From: Paragordius varius
Lineage: Eukaryota > Animalia > Nematomorpha
DNA: 64,000 bases
Direction: 5' to 3'
Assembly (NCBI GenBank): GCA_964247055.1
Contig: OZ176054.1
Coordinates: 5,890,001 to 5,954,000, forward strand
Below the pieces are notes generated by a model. It was not told the origin of the DNA. It searched no databases and worked only from the letters and a program-made list of their open reading frames with translations. This document shows, piece after piece, positions 27,065 to 42,800 of this stretch (the stretch's first letter is position 1; each line of letters starts with the position of its first letter). The position numbers and the translations under genes are program-made.

Positions 27065-30000
27065 ATGCAACTCACCACCCGTGAAAATTTAATTTTGGTC
27101 TGTCTCGTTCAAAAAAACGGATTTAAATGGTTTGAATTTATTTAATTTTAGGGATCATATAAGCAAAATTTTAAGGTCATATAAAGAAAATGTAAACGAT
27201 TTAAATATTTTGGATCAAAATGTAAAATATATTTTTATTTTAGTTTTGTGAATCACAATACCATTTATTAATTGATGGGTTAAAAGATAAGTATATTTAT
27301 TAATTATTCGAGACATTGCGCAAATAAAAATGATGAACTTATTAAAATTCTGACTGATAAACGACAAGAAGAGTTAATGATTTTGATTGAGGAGGAAACC
27401 AATAAATATCTGTAGATATATTTATATATATTCAGTAAACTTAAACATGAAATATATATGTTGGAAACCAATCAATGCACAGATGATCAGATTAAGGTTA
27501 TGTTGGATGAAATAAAGTTTTTTGTGAGTAATTTAAAGGGATCATAAGCCAAAAAATAAAAATGTTGCCGAACCAATTATTCGGGATCAGGACTACAATT
27601 CAAGTATTATCCAATTGAATAGATTATATAAAAATGTATTTATATTAATGACCTTTAAAGTGCATTATAATTGATATTTTAAACTCTCAATACTAATTTT
27701 GATCAGTATTATATTGTAATATAATATACATAATTTTAAATTTAACCCATATCAAAAGACGATTATCACAATTAATATGAAAAGTAAATTAATCAAATAT
27801 TAATTTTCAATATTTTTTGCCAATAACTTTTTTTGATCATTATCGTTAAGTTTCATTATTAGCATTGATATAGTTTACAAAAAGTAAACTTTATAGTAAA
27901 GTTTAAAGGGCTAAATTTTAGTAAAACCCATATATATGTTGAACTATAGTGTCCGAGCAAAAAGAATTGGATGCGTTTGAAAGTAAACCTTTTGTCCAAG
28001 AATCCCAGACTATAGCAACGTGTGAATCCTTGATGTTAAGCAATGATACTTTATTGAGTCCCGAAGAAAACCTAATAACAAAGAATAATACCAGCAGTAA
28101 TAATAAAATGGAAGTTTTAATGCAAGTCGGGGATATGGACGATGATGATGACGATGAGGAGGACTTGGGTATAAGTGAAAACATTCTCAACGCATTGAAT
28201 AAGGTTGTTTATAAAAATAGTTTAATCTCTTTTTTAACATAGAACATTATATCTTTGAAATGCCTTTTTCAAATATGCAATACCGTTTAAAGATAAAAAT
28301 AGGTTGGTAAAGATTTAATTTACGATAGCTAAATGATGAATCCCTCTTTTTACAAAGTTTCATTATCAATTTTGCTATAAATGACTAGTAAAAATATTAA
28401 ATCTTATCCTTTAAAGTTAAAAATTGATTTTAATAAAGGCTCATGATTAATTTTTTGATATGACTTTCCTAATAATAAAAACACAAAGTTAACAATGGGT
28501 TAAATTATTTGATGATTGGTAAATATCTATTTTACGATAGTTATTTAATGTATCTTGTTTTTAAAAAAAGGGTCATTAATTTTTTAATATGATTTAAAAT
28601 ATATTAATTTTGTGGTATATTACCTGAATTCAAAATCGATTAAATTCTGGTCAAGATCCATTTTACGATAGTTATTATATGTATCTTTTTTAAAGAACAT
28701 TATATTTGTGAATTTTCAGATTATATTTATTTTAACGTTTAAAGTTAATATCAGTTAAATATAAAGGCTCAATAGTGCAGATATATATCACGATTATTCA
28801 TTGTATCTCCTTTTTTCAATAGTCTAATTATTAATTTTGTTTAATTACTTTTAAAAATATTAAATTTTATTTTTTAAAGTCAAAAATTGTTTAAATAATA
28901 AAGGGATATAGAGTTTTATGTAAACCTTTTAACACATACATATTATCTTTTTTTATTATAATTGAAATTTTTACCGTTGCTTAGTCTTAAAATATTATAA
29001 ATTACTGAAAAAATGTATGTTTCTGATAGGTATTTAAGATATATTCCATAAAACCAAATAATAGTTTATTGGGAAAAACCAATTTTTGATTTCATTTTTA
29101 ACTTTATATGATTATAATTGTAGTTTTGAATTTTAATTAACTTTTAGTCTTCCTATATATATAGGTCGAGGAAGATATGTTACAGGAACAACAAATGAAA
29201 CAAAAATGTTTTATGGAATCTCCTCTGAAATCACCATTAAGTATAATACCATAATAATTATATCTCTTTTAGCGCCTGTTATTGAAGTTACATCTATTAG
29301 TTCTATGGTAATTATTAAATATTTATATTATTTATTTAAATTTTTATTTATTACCTAATTAAAGCGCTGCACATCTCTTTTATTTAATAGTATTATTAAA
29401 TAAGGGTATCAGAAGCATAAAAAACAGTTTTTTATTTTTTTTGGTACTTTGGAGATATATATATATATATATATATATATAGTTGTAATATTTATATGGA
29501 TATGTTATAGCAAATTATTTATATATATTTATAGAATTCGGAAAACGTTTTTTCAGTTAAAGTGGAGTCTGGTCAAAGTGATACAACAGGTATTGATATT
29601 TTTCACAAAAGGGGTAATTAATAAATAGATTATTAAACGAAGATATTTTTTACTGCATGAATTTATTAATTATCTAATATAAAATGATTTACTTACTTAC
29701 CTACTTGATACTTGAAATCTTTATATCTTGATGTTTGAAAGTTGCTACAAACCATCTTATTCCATATATTTTTGTTTAAGCATTTGGTAATGTCGAGGTG
29801 TTGTAATTTTGTAAGTAACGTGCTAGTTGTTTGAGTAAATGTGTGCAGTTCAAATTTAGGCTTTCTAGCTATAATTAGCTTTTTTTCTAAAGCTTTAAAT
29901 GGTTATTCTTATATATAAAATATGGGACTCTAAATATTTAAATAAATGCCCATTTGTGCCTATTAAGGCTTGTAATTTATAAGATGGGTTATTTATACTT

Positions 30001-31738
30001 CTTTTATCCGATATTAAATATTACCATTTTAAATGTTTGCCAAAAAATAATAAGGAGTTGTTCATAAGCACTCTTATATTTATTGTATTATGATATTGTG
30101 TTAAATGATGCGACCTAAATATTAAATGTTAAATATTTTCAAATATAATGGACATTAATATAATTTATTTATAAATTTAGAATTCAAGCCTATTCAAGAA
30201 GTAGGCCTGCCTACGGTTCAACTTGAAGACATAAAGACAAATGATACCATTTTGACAAAGGTAACTGAATTTTTTATATAGTTTGTAAACAATAAAGTTT
30301 GTTTGAAAAGTACTTAAATAAATTTTAAATTTAATTGCTTATGGCGTAAATCTATCCGAAGGGTTACCTCCTTGTTGGTAGAAAAAAACCCTTAAAGGTT
30401 GATAATATAAACCATAAAATACTGTTATTGTCTCAAATACCATAAATATTTTTAATTTTGCATTGCTAAATTTAACCATTAGTTCCTTAACAAGGATGTC
30501 TCAGCTGATGCTAAACCTATTTCTCCATTAAAATCGATTGATGTTTTGCCAGCAACTACTATAGATGTTTATAGCAAAGAACCCGAGAATAGCACTATGC
30601 TAACAAATCAAATTGACAATGTTTCAACAATGCCATCATCAATAGTGTTACCAAATTCTTTGGTCTCTACATCTCCAAATCGAAAAACCGTCCCACCGAA
30701 TCTTAATGATCTTCAATCACAATTAATTAAGCGCTGGCCTCTAAAATTGCGTAACGTATGCAATGGATTAAATGGAAAAACTATTACGGCTAAAAAAATG
30801 AATGTTAAACCACCCTTGCTAAACGATGCTCATAGGTATTTGTAATATTGATTCTAATATAATTACTTATATAAATTTTGCTTTTATGGAGTATTCGTTG
30901 TTTTTATTTAAAAAAATGTCATATGGAATAAGTTGTTCTGATACATTCTTAAAACTAATATTTATTACTATCAATTTTGTAAATTTTTTTTACCATATTT
31001 ACTTTTTGAAGAAGGAAAGAATTCAATATTTTATATATCAATGTTTTTTTATAATAATGATTTATTTTGATTTTTTTTATTTCAAAACCTGACAATAGAC
31101 CAGAAATGGGAACTTCGGAGCATAAAGTGTGGAAAAAATCGATTATGTTATTACACCAAAGATTATGTTCTCACAATTGGTCCGACAATTTTTTCCACCC
31201 AATAACTGATGTGATTGCACCCTTTTACAGCAGTATAGTGCATTATCCTGTTGATTTGGGGACGCTTAAAAAATGGGTTGAAAGCGGACTAGTTCGTACA
31301 ACTAATGAATATCGACGATACGTTATGATTATGTTTCAGGTTTAAACTCTTTTGGTTATATTTAACTATCAGTTTTTTTACGGATTGAAACCATACCCAA
31401 GTTTACGAAACCGTTATAAATGGGATTTTATTTTATACAATTTTTACTACAATGTCACGGTTATATTTTATTGAGGCTATTTTACTTAATATATAACGGG
31501 AATAAAGCATTTTATCTAAATAAGTAGGTTCCCTTAATTTTTTTATATAAAACCGAAATCATAAGCATTTGATCAACAAACAATAGCGGAAGTTACTGGA
31601 ATCTGAGCCGAAAAAACTTCCTAAAACTTTTTTTAAAAAAATGCGAAATCAAAATCGTCTTCCCACCTTTTTTACAATTCAATTTATAACATTTGACTTT
31701 TTGGATTGAAATCATCAAAGCCAATAATTTATGTACTG

Positions 31739-31784
<46 letters not shown>

Positions 31785-32016
31785 ATAGAACGCTTTCATG
31801 TATAACAGTGAAGATCATGTCATATATAAAATGACACAAGAGACGTGTTTAGATGCCCTGAAAAATATACATGAATATCTGGTGGCGGCCTCTAACGCTA
31901 ACAATAATAATACAAATAATAACATTATAAATATCAATAATACAAACGATTTAGGAAGCGATCCCAACTCTTCCGCACCGGAATCAAGAACGTCGAGCCC
32001 TAACCTAATCAAATGA
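27065..32016 (+). CDS. BRD8: Bromodomain protein BRD8 (NuA4/TIP60 subunit)
   Basis: N-terminus over five micro-introns: MQLTTRENLILVCLVQKNGFKWDHISKIL..FCESQYHLL..LIKILTDKRQEELMILIEEETNKYLKLKHEI (cf. BRD8 WSIREKLCLAS..W..VSR..CASQY..RKLTAER.EEL). Bromodomain KVWKKSIMLL..FFHPITDVIAPFYSSIVHYPVDLGTLKK..G..RTTNEYRRYVMIMFQ-NAFMYNSEDHVIYKM (exons 31099-31340, 31789-32016). Middle exons are low-complexity. Confidence 0.9.
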
Positions 32017-32764
32017 CTCAAAACAGTGATTTATACATTGCTAGTTTTTTATTTATTAATATTGTGCCAGATAGCATCCATTACACTATGAATTAGTATA
32101 CATGGCTAGTTTTCTTATTGATTATTACCATAAAGAGTACTATTATTTATTAATAGCAGTAAAGAGTGAAATAAAAAACTATAAGTAAATAATGTTGCCA
32201 TTTGCTTTATATGCTATGTGGCAATAATCGATTAAAAAACTAGGAATGTATACTTACGACCAAATCTATTGAGCTTAAAGAAGAAAAAAGCGAAAAAATA
32301 TGCACATTTTTTTTATTATAAACAAAATTAAACCAATCATATTTTTCTTTAATTTAATGTATAAATGCTATCTGGCAGTAATTAATGAAAAACAAGCAAT
32401 GTATATACACATTCATACCAATTATTAAGTTATGACTATATCAAATTTGAAATTTTATATATTATACTACAATATAGTGATTTAGTTATTTATTTTTCAA
32501 TAAATTATAGATGTACTAATTATTTTTGTATTTTTATGAATATTGTTGGTTTTAATTTCAATATGCTTTAACTTTTAATTAAAGGTGCTTCTATAATCTT
32601 TCTAGGGTATATTTTCAAAGACATATTTGTTCCATAAATTTATAGAAACAAAGGTATTATATATATATATAAACGAAAAATATTAACAAATATGTTTTTA
32701 AATGCTAAAAAACATAAATTATTCATATATTTTATTAAATAAATAAATAATTGAAAATAACAAG

Positions 32765-35700
32765 TTAATGTTGCAAAGCTATATCTGAAAAATAATTTAA
32801 CAATTCGTCCAATGTAAATTCCATAGTTATATGGCTATCGGGATAACAGCGCATAATAAGTTGCTCAAAATTTTTGTATTGCTTAATAAATTCTTCTTGC
32901 ACCAATCTCCAAACCACCTTAAAAATAATTAAGTAAAATATTAAAACCTGTAGCAAATTATTGTTTGGCCCCATGTGTCTTTCCACTGTTTTATACAGGG
33001 ATTCTAATCGCCTTTTAACCTAATATAAAAAAACGATTTTACAAGTCTTAGAATTGCAAAATAAATACATAGTGATTATAGTGTACCGTATATTATTATA
33101 TTTTTGTATAATTTTAATTAAATTGAATAAATTTATCAAGAAATACAATAGTCAAATAAAAAGAGACTAGTTAAAAATTTAATGCACTTAATGACTTAAA
33201 AAATTTATTTTATACCCAAATTCTTTTATTTGTTACCTCTTTTCCCGGATATTCTGCAATAATTTTCCGCAATTCAGATTTGCTAAAAGCCACCTGAAAA
33301 CCTATTTCATGCTCTTTAATGCCTTGCGATACTTTCATTTCTACGTTTTCAAAATATATCTAATATTTTACAGTAAAAACTAGTAATACATTAAGTTTTT
33401 CCAATGGTTTGCCTAACATAGACTCCACATAAGTTTGAAGATATGCCTTATATTTTTGTTTGGCCTCTCTTTTTTCCATCTCAAAGATTGGTAATTTCAA
33501 CGTAGATAATATGGCTAAAAAATTATATATTAGTTTTAATTTAAAGAAAATTAAAAAATCGAAAAAAATACTTACTGATCATCAGATGGTAGTTCTCTAA
33601 AATTAAAAAGTATATAAATAGTTATTAAAATAATGGGCAATAAAACCCTTTTAAATAAGATATGAAATATTCTAATATGAAAACGGTAAGTATTTTTTAA
33701 GTTTAAATCGGTTGGACATATTGAATAAGTAGATGAAAATAATTAGATGAATTATGCACTTTAATTTGAAACACATTGTATACTTAGAAAAGAATAAAAG
33801 ATATATATTAAGTGATATCTTTATATTTATATAAAACAGCAAATCATACCAAACATAACAAGATCGCCAGGGAGTTTGGTTTGTTCGAAAGCTATGCGAT
33901 TTATATTGTTAAAAGTTGCACGTATCAATAAAGTATACCATTTTTCTAGTTCACGACGTTTCATCATATCAACACTTTCATTCGTCGTATAATTATTTGA
34001 TGTTTTGTTATTAGGGTGGGTTGGAGCCAAACTTTGTGATATTATAGTTTGAGAGTTTTGGCGATAAACCATTTCTAATCGTTCAACCACATCCTATATT
34101 TAAAAAAATAATGATTAAATAATTAAAAGGACTGGAATATTTTACACTGTGTGATTCGTTGAATACTGGTATATAGATATTAAAAATTGGAAAAAATATG
34201 TTTTTGTCTGGTAAAATTTAACGTGATATTTATATATCTCACTTTAAATATATATATTATATATAGTGTTTTTTTTCGATCAAAGTCGAATGCTAAAAAA
34301 TCGAAATTTTTAAGCAAAAAAACCTGAAACTCTGGCACAAAATCAATAATTCCATTATCCATTTCTGATTTGTTAATTCGCTTAATGTGTTTGCTGCTTT
34401 CCATATTCTTGATTAAAGTAGACTGGAAAAATTGATATTTTTAATAATTTTATCATATTTTACAAATATTTTAATAAATAAAATTGGTATACTATATATT
34501 TTTCACAGTATTTCCGTACATAGACGGTCGCATTAATGAGAAAAATGGAAGCGTAGGATGAGTCAACTCTATTTTGGTGAGTGTGACTTTTTTCAGAAGA
34601 CGAATGATTCAAACAATCCAAAAGGTGTAAAAACATAGCAACACTTAAGCTAAATAAAAATATCACAAAATATCGTTATCACAATTTTTTTTAGTAAGGA
34701 AATTAATACTTAAAAAACATGTAAACTTACAGTTTATCGACTTTATCAATGTGCGTAAGTAATCCATCAAATTCGTGAGTTATATTGAGAAATAGGTTGG
34801 CCAGAAACTCCCTAAATTTTTCAAAGGGAAAGAAACTCATTTTTTTGAAAATTAATAATTTTAGACAATAATTTTTTATAATATTTGATTTTGCGACCAT
34901 AAAAGATCTTAAAATAATTTTTTTAAACCAAAATAATTAACATTATAAATAAATAAGGCTAAAAATTTACAAAAATATCAAAAAGTTTTTTTGTTATACT
35001 TATCCGTTATATTTTTCCACAAATCAAGCTTGTCAGTCTTTTTTGTCGGGCTTCTATTATTGTGAGATATTTCGATTGGATCTTTCGATAACTCATCCCC
35101 TTCATTAGTTGAGGTATCATGAATGCCAGCACCATGTTTTCCCAACTTATTTATTAATTGATTTTAAATTAGTATATATTGATGAAATTTAAAAGTTTAA
35201 AATAATATTTAATCACAAGGTGGCCAAAATTTTTAAACTACAATATGTTATTAAAAAAAGTTATTTTGTAATAACAATATATTGAAAGTAAATTTTTAAG
35301 TATGAATTCACTGATTAAGATAATAAATCAATGTAAGTTAACAACTATTTTAAAGTCCTGAATTTCCTAATAATAATGATTTTTTTATATTAAAAGTATT
35401 GTAAAATATTATTAATAGAGAGGTGCGAATTATTTTTATGCGATATAACAAGATAAAATAGTTAAGATTTAACCCTTAGGCATGATTAAATATATAAACA
35501 AAAGAAACTTTGCCTGGTATCATTTTGGTGAAAGCAGCCGATAATTTACGCTCATTTTTTTCCTTGATGACTAATTCCGGCTCAGAATATTTAGGTTCTA
35601 AAAAATAAATCATAATATAATTACTCTCACAAAAAGAGTTACATAAATAATTAGTTCTGTTATTTTAACTCTATGCCTACCAATAATATGCAAACTAGTT

Positions 35701-36820
35701 TTAAATTTTATAAAAAACCATTAATTCGAAAAAACAATAAATTACATATCAAACATGCGGATAAAATTTATCAATAAATTATTTGTTTGGTAAAATATGA
35801 TCGGCTTGACTATTTGTATCGCAAATCGGGAACATTTCTTATAAACAATATCTCTATTAATAATTTAAATCATTATGTAGACAAACACTCATAATTAATT
35901 TTTATTCAATTAAAATCCTTTTATTAAATATTATTTTCTAATAAACTATTCTACACACAAGCATATTGTCAATTAATTTTGATGTAAAATGCAAAAATAT
36001 TTGGTTTCTTAAATTTTTTTTTCAGTATTATACCCATTTTCGTTATATTCTTTTTATTGGGTGACTGCAAAAGGTAAGAATGTAACGATATGTGATGTTG
36101 AGGTATTTCATCACCTATCGTTGGTATCTCAGCTCGATCTAGCCCCATAATAGAAATACCTAAAAATAATAAAGTAAAATATACAGATATAATTTAATGT
36201 ATGTTAGCTATAGGGTGGCATGTGTATAATTTTGTGACACACACATTACCTATTATACACAACCAAAAACTAATGTACCAAACAATTAATTTTATAACAG
36301 AATGGGCTTCGGTAAATTTCAATATTAATTAATTTAATCAGTTACATTTTAATGAGGTCATAAATTAATCTCTGACATTTCAAATAAAATTTATTATCAT
36401 TAAAAGGGTATAAATTAGATAATTCATTACAATAAGAATTTTAAGGGTGTGAAAAGTTATATTTTATGCGAAATAAAAGTCAAAGAAATTAAGTTGACGT
36501 CCACAATTAAAGAACCGTTTGCACTTACGAAAAATATATAGCGAAATTTAATATCGATGAATATATATTTAAATTTAAGCCCCACACCACATATTATTCA
36601 ATTAATTCAAATATACCAAAATGCAAAACTAAGAGTTTATCTAAAAATATATATTATACAACCAACTCAGTGGCTTATAAACCTTTTTTGACCATAAAAG
36701 TTTAATGTGAAATGATTCAATAAAAAAATTGTGGTACTTACAAGATTCTTCCTCCTCTGATATTAGGGCCAAAATTTGAATAATAATTTGCTCGAAAATC
36801 TAATAATACAGTAAATAGAT

Positions 36821-36852
<32 letters not shown>

Positions 36853-39800
36853 AATTTTTTCGAAAAAATTTTGGTCTACCTTTGCGAAAGTCAAATTTTG
36901 GTATGGAGATTCATCCGTATTCTTTTCATCTCTTATACCACTAATTCCCATTTCTTTTATCCAATTATCTCTTTTGCGTTCGGATCTCTGGGTTCGTTGA
37001 CTATTTTCTGGATTCATAGAATCCATATCTATTATAATTTTTGGAAGAAATATGTAAAAAATTATTAATTCATAAGCGCCAAATAGACCATTATTTTAGG
37101 AAATATACAAGGTTATCTGTATCATCATAAACCTCTTTAAAAATTTAAAAATATTTTTATCCAATAATATATAATACTAAAAGTCAGCCTACAAATATTA
37201 AAATAAAACAACAAATGACCTCAAAATTTTTAATATAGTAATTTTTACCGTTTTTAAGAGTATTATTTTAGGTTAAAATCATTGAGATTATAAATAACAT
37301 TAAATAAAACAAGTAGGAAATAAGGAATTTATCTAAAGATCCATAAGTTGCTTCAAGAACATTAATATCTTCTTAAATTCAAATTATTTAAAAATTTACT
37401 TAAGTTAGATGATAAATTTTTGGAGTTTTGAATAATAGCCGTGTATTGTGAGTTGTTTAACATTCCAACATTTTTCCTGCCATCAGATGATGCTGCAATG
37501 GTAATTGTGTTATAAACTGAGGTGTAAAACGCTTCTATAACAGATCGGCAATTGGTGAAAAAATATTTACATTCTTTTTCATACGTCGATCCAAACAAGG
37601 TTAAATAATTCTGGTGTTTTATGCAAAAAAATATTTAATGATTATTATCCAATATAATTAATATTCGAAATTTTATGTAAATTTATTTACTGTTAATCTC
37701 CCATACAATAATTATAAATATTAGTCCAATTTTTTCAATCAATCTTTTTGTTATTTTGTTTGCTGGTTTTCTTAAACTAGTATGTATATACCTTGCAATA
37801 AAACTGTGAACAAAGATAGGATTATAATAATTTTGATCGAAATATTAGTATTGTTAATAAACTTTTTATTGATTAACAATAAAAATACATACGTTTTGCC
37901 AATTTCTTATCATTATTGAAGATAAATTTTTAATTATTGATAATACGTTAAATTTCTCGAACCATTAGTATATCCATGTATTTGTCCGGCACAGATTCCT
38001 TTAGCCATTTAATAAGATCCTTATAGGGATTTATGTATTCACGCAACAATTTATTTTTATGATTAGCCATGAGACTTGGGTGATTAATTTGATCTCTACG
38101 AAAAAAAAAACAAAATAAATTAAATTTTAAAATTACATTAAAAAATTATGTTTGTTAAATATAAAATAAGTTTATATTTACAATTTTGAAAGGGTATTAG
38201 ACGTGGGAGATATGGGAATATTGGGTAGCGAATTCAAATCATACGTGTCAATCAATTTAACATTCTAGTTTATAATAATTATCAAAACTAATATACTATT
38301 TTGTTGAATAGGCTACTAAGATACAGACTGAGTTTAAGTGAGAATTGATTGCGTAAAGTTTCGTATTCCGATAATTTTTCTTGAACTGCTTTCATCTTTT
38401 TGAGTGCTAAACACAAAAAATAATTAAATTAAATTGTATTATTGCATCATAATTGAAAAAAAATGTATCCACATATATATTTTATCATAATATATAACAA
38501 TTTTGGAATAATTTTAGATTTTTTAATATTATGGCATTTAAATTAATAATAATAATACTAATGTCAATTGAATACCGTTATGATTTTGTGCGTATTGAAT
38601 TGATTTGTGTAAATCAGAAACTGCCCGGTTTAGCTCTTTAATTTTTCCCAAATCACTTAACTCACTTTCCATCAAAATTCGTTTATAATGCGAAGGATAT
38701 TCCAGATTATCCTAAATATAATATTGGTAAATTGGAAATTATCAATTTTTTTTCGATTTATTTTAATTAAAAACAATATATTTTATTTTTATCTTATGGA
38801 TTGGAACCGTAACTTTATTGAAATTTACTAGATAGTAGGTCTCTGCTTCTAAAATATTTTTATAATTCTACCGGTTTCTTTGATCTTTAAAGTAGTTAAT
38901 AATGTGTTAATGAAATAAAGTCCCAATTATAAAAGATAAATATATTGAACGCCACATTTTACTGAAACATTTATATACACAGTCAAATGTAATAGGATTT
39001 GGTTAATATTTATTAATTTAGCGGTTCTAAAACAACTAAAGTGCCGTTCTAAAACAAGTGCCACCATCATTCCCTGAATTAAGTATATGGATACATAAAT
39101 ATATACTTTTTATAATTATAATATTTAATAAAAGATATTCAAAATATTATTAAGGCTATATTACGACATAAAGTAAACCAATTATATCATACGGTTTTTG
39201 GTTCATCAAAACGACTTTATAAATCAAATCGTTCCAGTTCCAATCGATATTATTATTATAAAATAAATTAATTGTATTGCATTTTTTATAATAAACTTGA
39301 ATAAAAGATGCGATACATTTATTACAAAATTACGTTTAGTTTATTACATAATAGTATGCATTCATTATATACCAACAATCCTTCCAATTCTCGCTTCAAT
39401 CCTGTCCTATTAGCTTGTACGATACGGAGTGAAATATCTTTTTCATCCATGGCCTCCATATGACCACGTACGTGATTCAGACAGTTTGTGTCCCAGGTTC
39501 GGAGACGGCCTTCAAGCAACGAAATATCACAAATGGCCTGATCAAGTAAACCAAGCAAGCTAGCTAAATCCGATTCTGATCCCATGAGTGTGTGAATGTT
39601 GGACTATAAGAGAGATAGATAGATAGATGGATATTTGTTTGTGAATATATACAGCAGTATTTTTAACATGTACGGATTAGCAGAACAATGTGGGGCAGTA
39701 AAAAAGCAAGAAAAATGTTTGGATAATGAAATTAATGATATATATTTACCTAGTGTATCGTATACCTTATGTTTTGTTATTAGATTCTGATAAACTAAGC

Positions 39801-42800
39801 AGTTATGATTTTCACGTTTAATGATTGATTAAAAGACAACATAATTAATAATTGACTTCATCAAAATGATTTTGGTTCTGCTTATATATCATTACATTAA
39901 TATTACTTAAAAAAACTATCTAAAGAGCCATGAACAAAATTAGCTATTATCTCACATACGTAAAATGCGTAGTGGTAGAGACGAACTCGTATATTATGAA
40001 TTTGAAATACAATTTTGCACTATCAGACCTGGGCAGGTAAATGTTAAGCTTCATGAACCCTTATAATTGTACAATTTAATCTTATTTATCCATTAATAAA
40101 CAGAAAAAAGAGGCTCTAAACTGTATAGATATGTTTTAAATACATATGTACAATCCTTTATACCCCATCAAGTAAATTGAGTTCTTTCGTCAATTTATCT
40201 GACATGGATTCTATATTATCCAACATTGCTATTTCAAATGACTCCCCCACATCTTTAGCCGTAAACTCTGATGCTGAGTTATCTGCTCTATTGGCGGGAT
40301 TTGTGACATATTCATGCATAATGTTTTCCAGGTCTTTTTCCTCCTTCTTAGATATGAGCTGGTAATGCGATGATGAAGTTTCGATTCCTGCCTTATCACT
40401 AAAAGGAGAGATATTTTCTTTACCATGATCGGGGTATAACACTTCGTTTTCAACTATAAGGCATATATAACACACAAAAATGAGTAATATAAAACAGGTA
40501 AATTAAAAATACAAAAGATGAAAACTGTTTGATATATCAAAGTTTGTTCTAAATACTTTTATAGTGTAACAAAACGTTTTTCCATTTAATAAAACGCTTT
40601 TTTTTCTATATTTAATTAACAAAACTATGCTATTATGAAATGGCAAAATAATGATGATAAAGATATTTTTTGTAAATAATATAAGTTTTTGATATTGCAT
40701 GTGTTGCATTTGTTCAACGCATAAATACAATATTTTCCGTTTATTAGAATTTTTAATCGAATTCCTTGTTTTTTTTAATTTATTGAATGTCATCATTCCA
40801 TTTCTCGCCCTTTGTCATTAAATTTCATAAAAAATGGGAACGCTTTAAAAATTAACATCCACTAATAATCCAGAGTGATTAACAAATTATTCTTAAAGAA
40901 AAGCGACCGGAAGGGAATATATTAAATTAGTACGCATAATAAAAAGTTTTTAGTTTTTAAAATAATTGAATAAATCTTACCAATTATTAATTAATTTTTA
41001 TGAAAAAAGCGAAAAGGCGTATTTTACATGAGATAATGATAAAAACAGATATTTCAATATACAGCGTAAAATAAATGTGGCATACGATACAGATATAAAA
41101 ATATAATTAATAATGGTTATGAAATAGAGATATGGTTATAAATGATTTTTTAAATAATTCTGTCCAAAATTCCTTTGAAATTAAAGTAGGACTCTATCAG
41201 GGATCAGCCTTAAGCCCCTTGCTGTTTATTACAATATTAGTCGCTGTTACTCGCGATATTCGGTTAAATCTGCTATGTGAAATTCTATATGCAGATGACA
41301 TAGTGCTTACCGCAACCTCGATTTCAGACTTAGAAAAAAATGTTTTTACAATGGGAACAACGGCTAACCAAATTTGGATTGAAAATAAATGAAAATAAAA
41401 GTAAAATTCTGATAACGGGCGAACAATGAAATTAAATACCCATGCGGAGTTTGCGGAATTAATGTTGGATTTGATTCTATTCTCTGCTCTGCATGTAAAA
41501 AATCGTCACAATAAATGTACAAACATTACTGGCAAACTATCCGAAAAGATAAATTTCAAATGCGAATCATGCGTGCAGCATTTACCGCCCCCATCAATTA
41601 AGCACATAGTCCTTAGTAACTCAAGCTTTAAAGTGGTACTGAGTTTACCTATGGCGATAAAATAACAACAGACTCATCAAACAATAGCGCAATAAATGCA
41701 ATAATAAATCGTACCTGGGGAAAATATCATCAGCTAAAATACATACTAAAACAAAAGCACATATTCCTCAAAACAAAAGGCTAAATTTATAAAATGGGCA
41801 TAAGACCAGTTTTGAAATATGCCACAGAGACCATGGCATTAACATAAACTCAAGAGAAACGTTTTATCATCGTGGAAAATCGCATACTACGCCTGATGTC
41901 AACGCAACTAAATCCCCAAGATATCCGCAATCACATACAAATGGAGCCAATAGACAAATCCATCCAATTCAAAAGAATGAGGTACTACGGTCACCTTGAC
42001 CGTATGAATCCTGACAATCTGATCAGGACCTCATTCGACATCATTCCACTCGGTAACAATAAGCCCGGTCGTCCACTTTTAACCTGGCTAAAAAGATTGA
42101 TTTGGATTTCCAACAACTCAAACTGCTAAAAACAGGTTGCATTGATAAAGAGCTATTTCATAAAAAGCTGGATTGCTTACGATGGTGCACCATCAAAGCT
42201 TACTGTTAAACAACAACAACAATTCTGTCCAAAGTATGTTTGTGGTAAAAATATTGTGTAGGTGTATTTATTAATTTGGGAAAGATTTTAATTCTGTTGA
42301 AAAATAGCGTTTTAAAAAATTTAAATTATCAGATGTTTTTACCAAAATCTTTATCTCTGGTTCGAATATCAAAAAAAATTCGGAAACAAAATTGCGTTCT
42401 GTATTTTGTATTTTAGCCATATATTTTTTAAAAAAAACATAAAGTCTTTTATAATGTTATAAATAGTGAGAAAATATCGGTTTTAAACGGTTTAAAAACC
42501 GTTTCTTGGAATTGTTTTTTAGTTCAAACAATTATAAATGGTTGGGTTTATATCACATAATCGCTAAGTTAAGTCAGTAATATTAGTATCTATAAAAGTG
42601 CGAAAAAGAGAGCGAATAAATTTTCGAAACGATTTTATTATGAACGCATTTTACAGGTATATCCTTTGTACTTCAAAAGTGTCTTTAAGTTGGTCCTAAA
42701 ATTTATAAAGTTTGGATTTAACCATAATTTTTGTATTTCACACTGAAAATTTTTTATTCAAAAACCACATTTTTTTGTTTCAAACTAATTTTTTCAAACT

